Below are positions 60,784 through 61,162 of a DNA stretch of 61,162 nucleotides, piece after piece (positions within the stretch are counted from its first letter, which is position 1; each line of letters starts with the position of its first letter). The stretch covers positions 62,001 through 123,162 of the forward strand of contig KZ538110.1 of NCBI GenBank assembly GCA_000934665.2. The letters run 5' to 3'. The notes under the pieces are model-generated. The model did not search any database, was not told the origin of the DNA, and saw only the letters and a program-made list of their open reading frames with translations. This DNA comes from Catajapyx aquilonaris (taxonomy: Eukaryota). The translations under genes and the position numbers were made by a program.

Positions 60784-61044
60784 CTACGGAATAAGACGTA
60801 TTTTTTGTAAGCCTCGACATAATCGGGACATGAAATAGCACAAGACCAATATATTTTTGATGACCTGTCCCCTCTCCTCTTCACATATGTTTGCGAAGCA
60901 CTTGAGTCGCTTGCAATGACAGTCATGTCCCGTTTCGTGGCTTTGCAGCCGTAACTTCTTTTGCACGTCACGTAATCTCCCACATTTCCGTCGTTTTCTG
61001 CCGGACATTGCTGGTGGTTGTTCACTGCACTCACTGTCCGACAT
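60784..61044 (-). pseudogene. Possible N-terminal fragment of a Sola1-like DNA transposon protein
   Basis: Basic GRKRRK..KKLRLQSHETG then DCHCKRLKCF..ICEEER, a CxC..C..ER pattern I recall from arthropod Sola1-type proteins; no catalytic region recognised. Confidence 0.35.
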
Positions 61045-61162
61045 GTTGTCTGCAAGGATGTTAATAATAATTCATACCCCGTTATCAGCCATAGGCTCTT
61101 TAGGGGTGAAGTTTGTTTTGCCTGGAACTCTTTGCTTTTCATTTTACTGTGCTCTTTGGGAT

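Overview
Eukaryotic (animal, most likely arthropod; inferred from SINE types and a DRE motif) genomic window with five protein-coding genes whose exons I spliced by hand into uninterrupted reading frames. They are WDR45B/WIPI3 (-, 8 coding exons, 13282-24335), TMEM199/VMA12 (-, single coding exon, 31679-32254), WDR34/DYNC2I2 (-, about 9 exons, 37788-~51450), MRM2/FTSJ2 (+, 3 exons, 52011-53191, head-to-head with WDR34) and a C16orf89/UPF0764-like secreted protein (-, 6 exons, 53514-59490, first intron GC-AG). Introns and intergenic DNA are crowded with mobile DNA: a full-length but broken Tc1-family element with DD35E spacing inserted in a SINE tail, a 3'-3' foldback mariner, many MITEs (TA, TTAA, 3-bp and 8-bp target duplications) nested up to four deep, kb-scale palindromes, a LINE 3' end, and at least five tRNA-headed SINE families that swap modules and share a CCCC...GGGGTA 3' stem-loop. 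A 267-N assembly gap lies at 57473-57739. No prokaryote-type system (CRISPR, operon) is present, and I found no wholly new multi-gene system. The most unusual signals are the modular SINEs, the DD35E element, the nested foldback elements and the RFX/DRE bidirectional promoter. Family assignments come from recalled motifs, not database searches.
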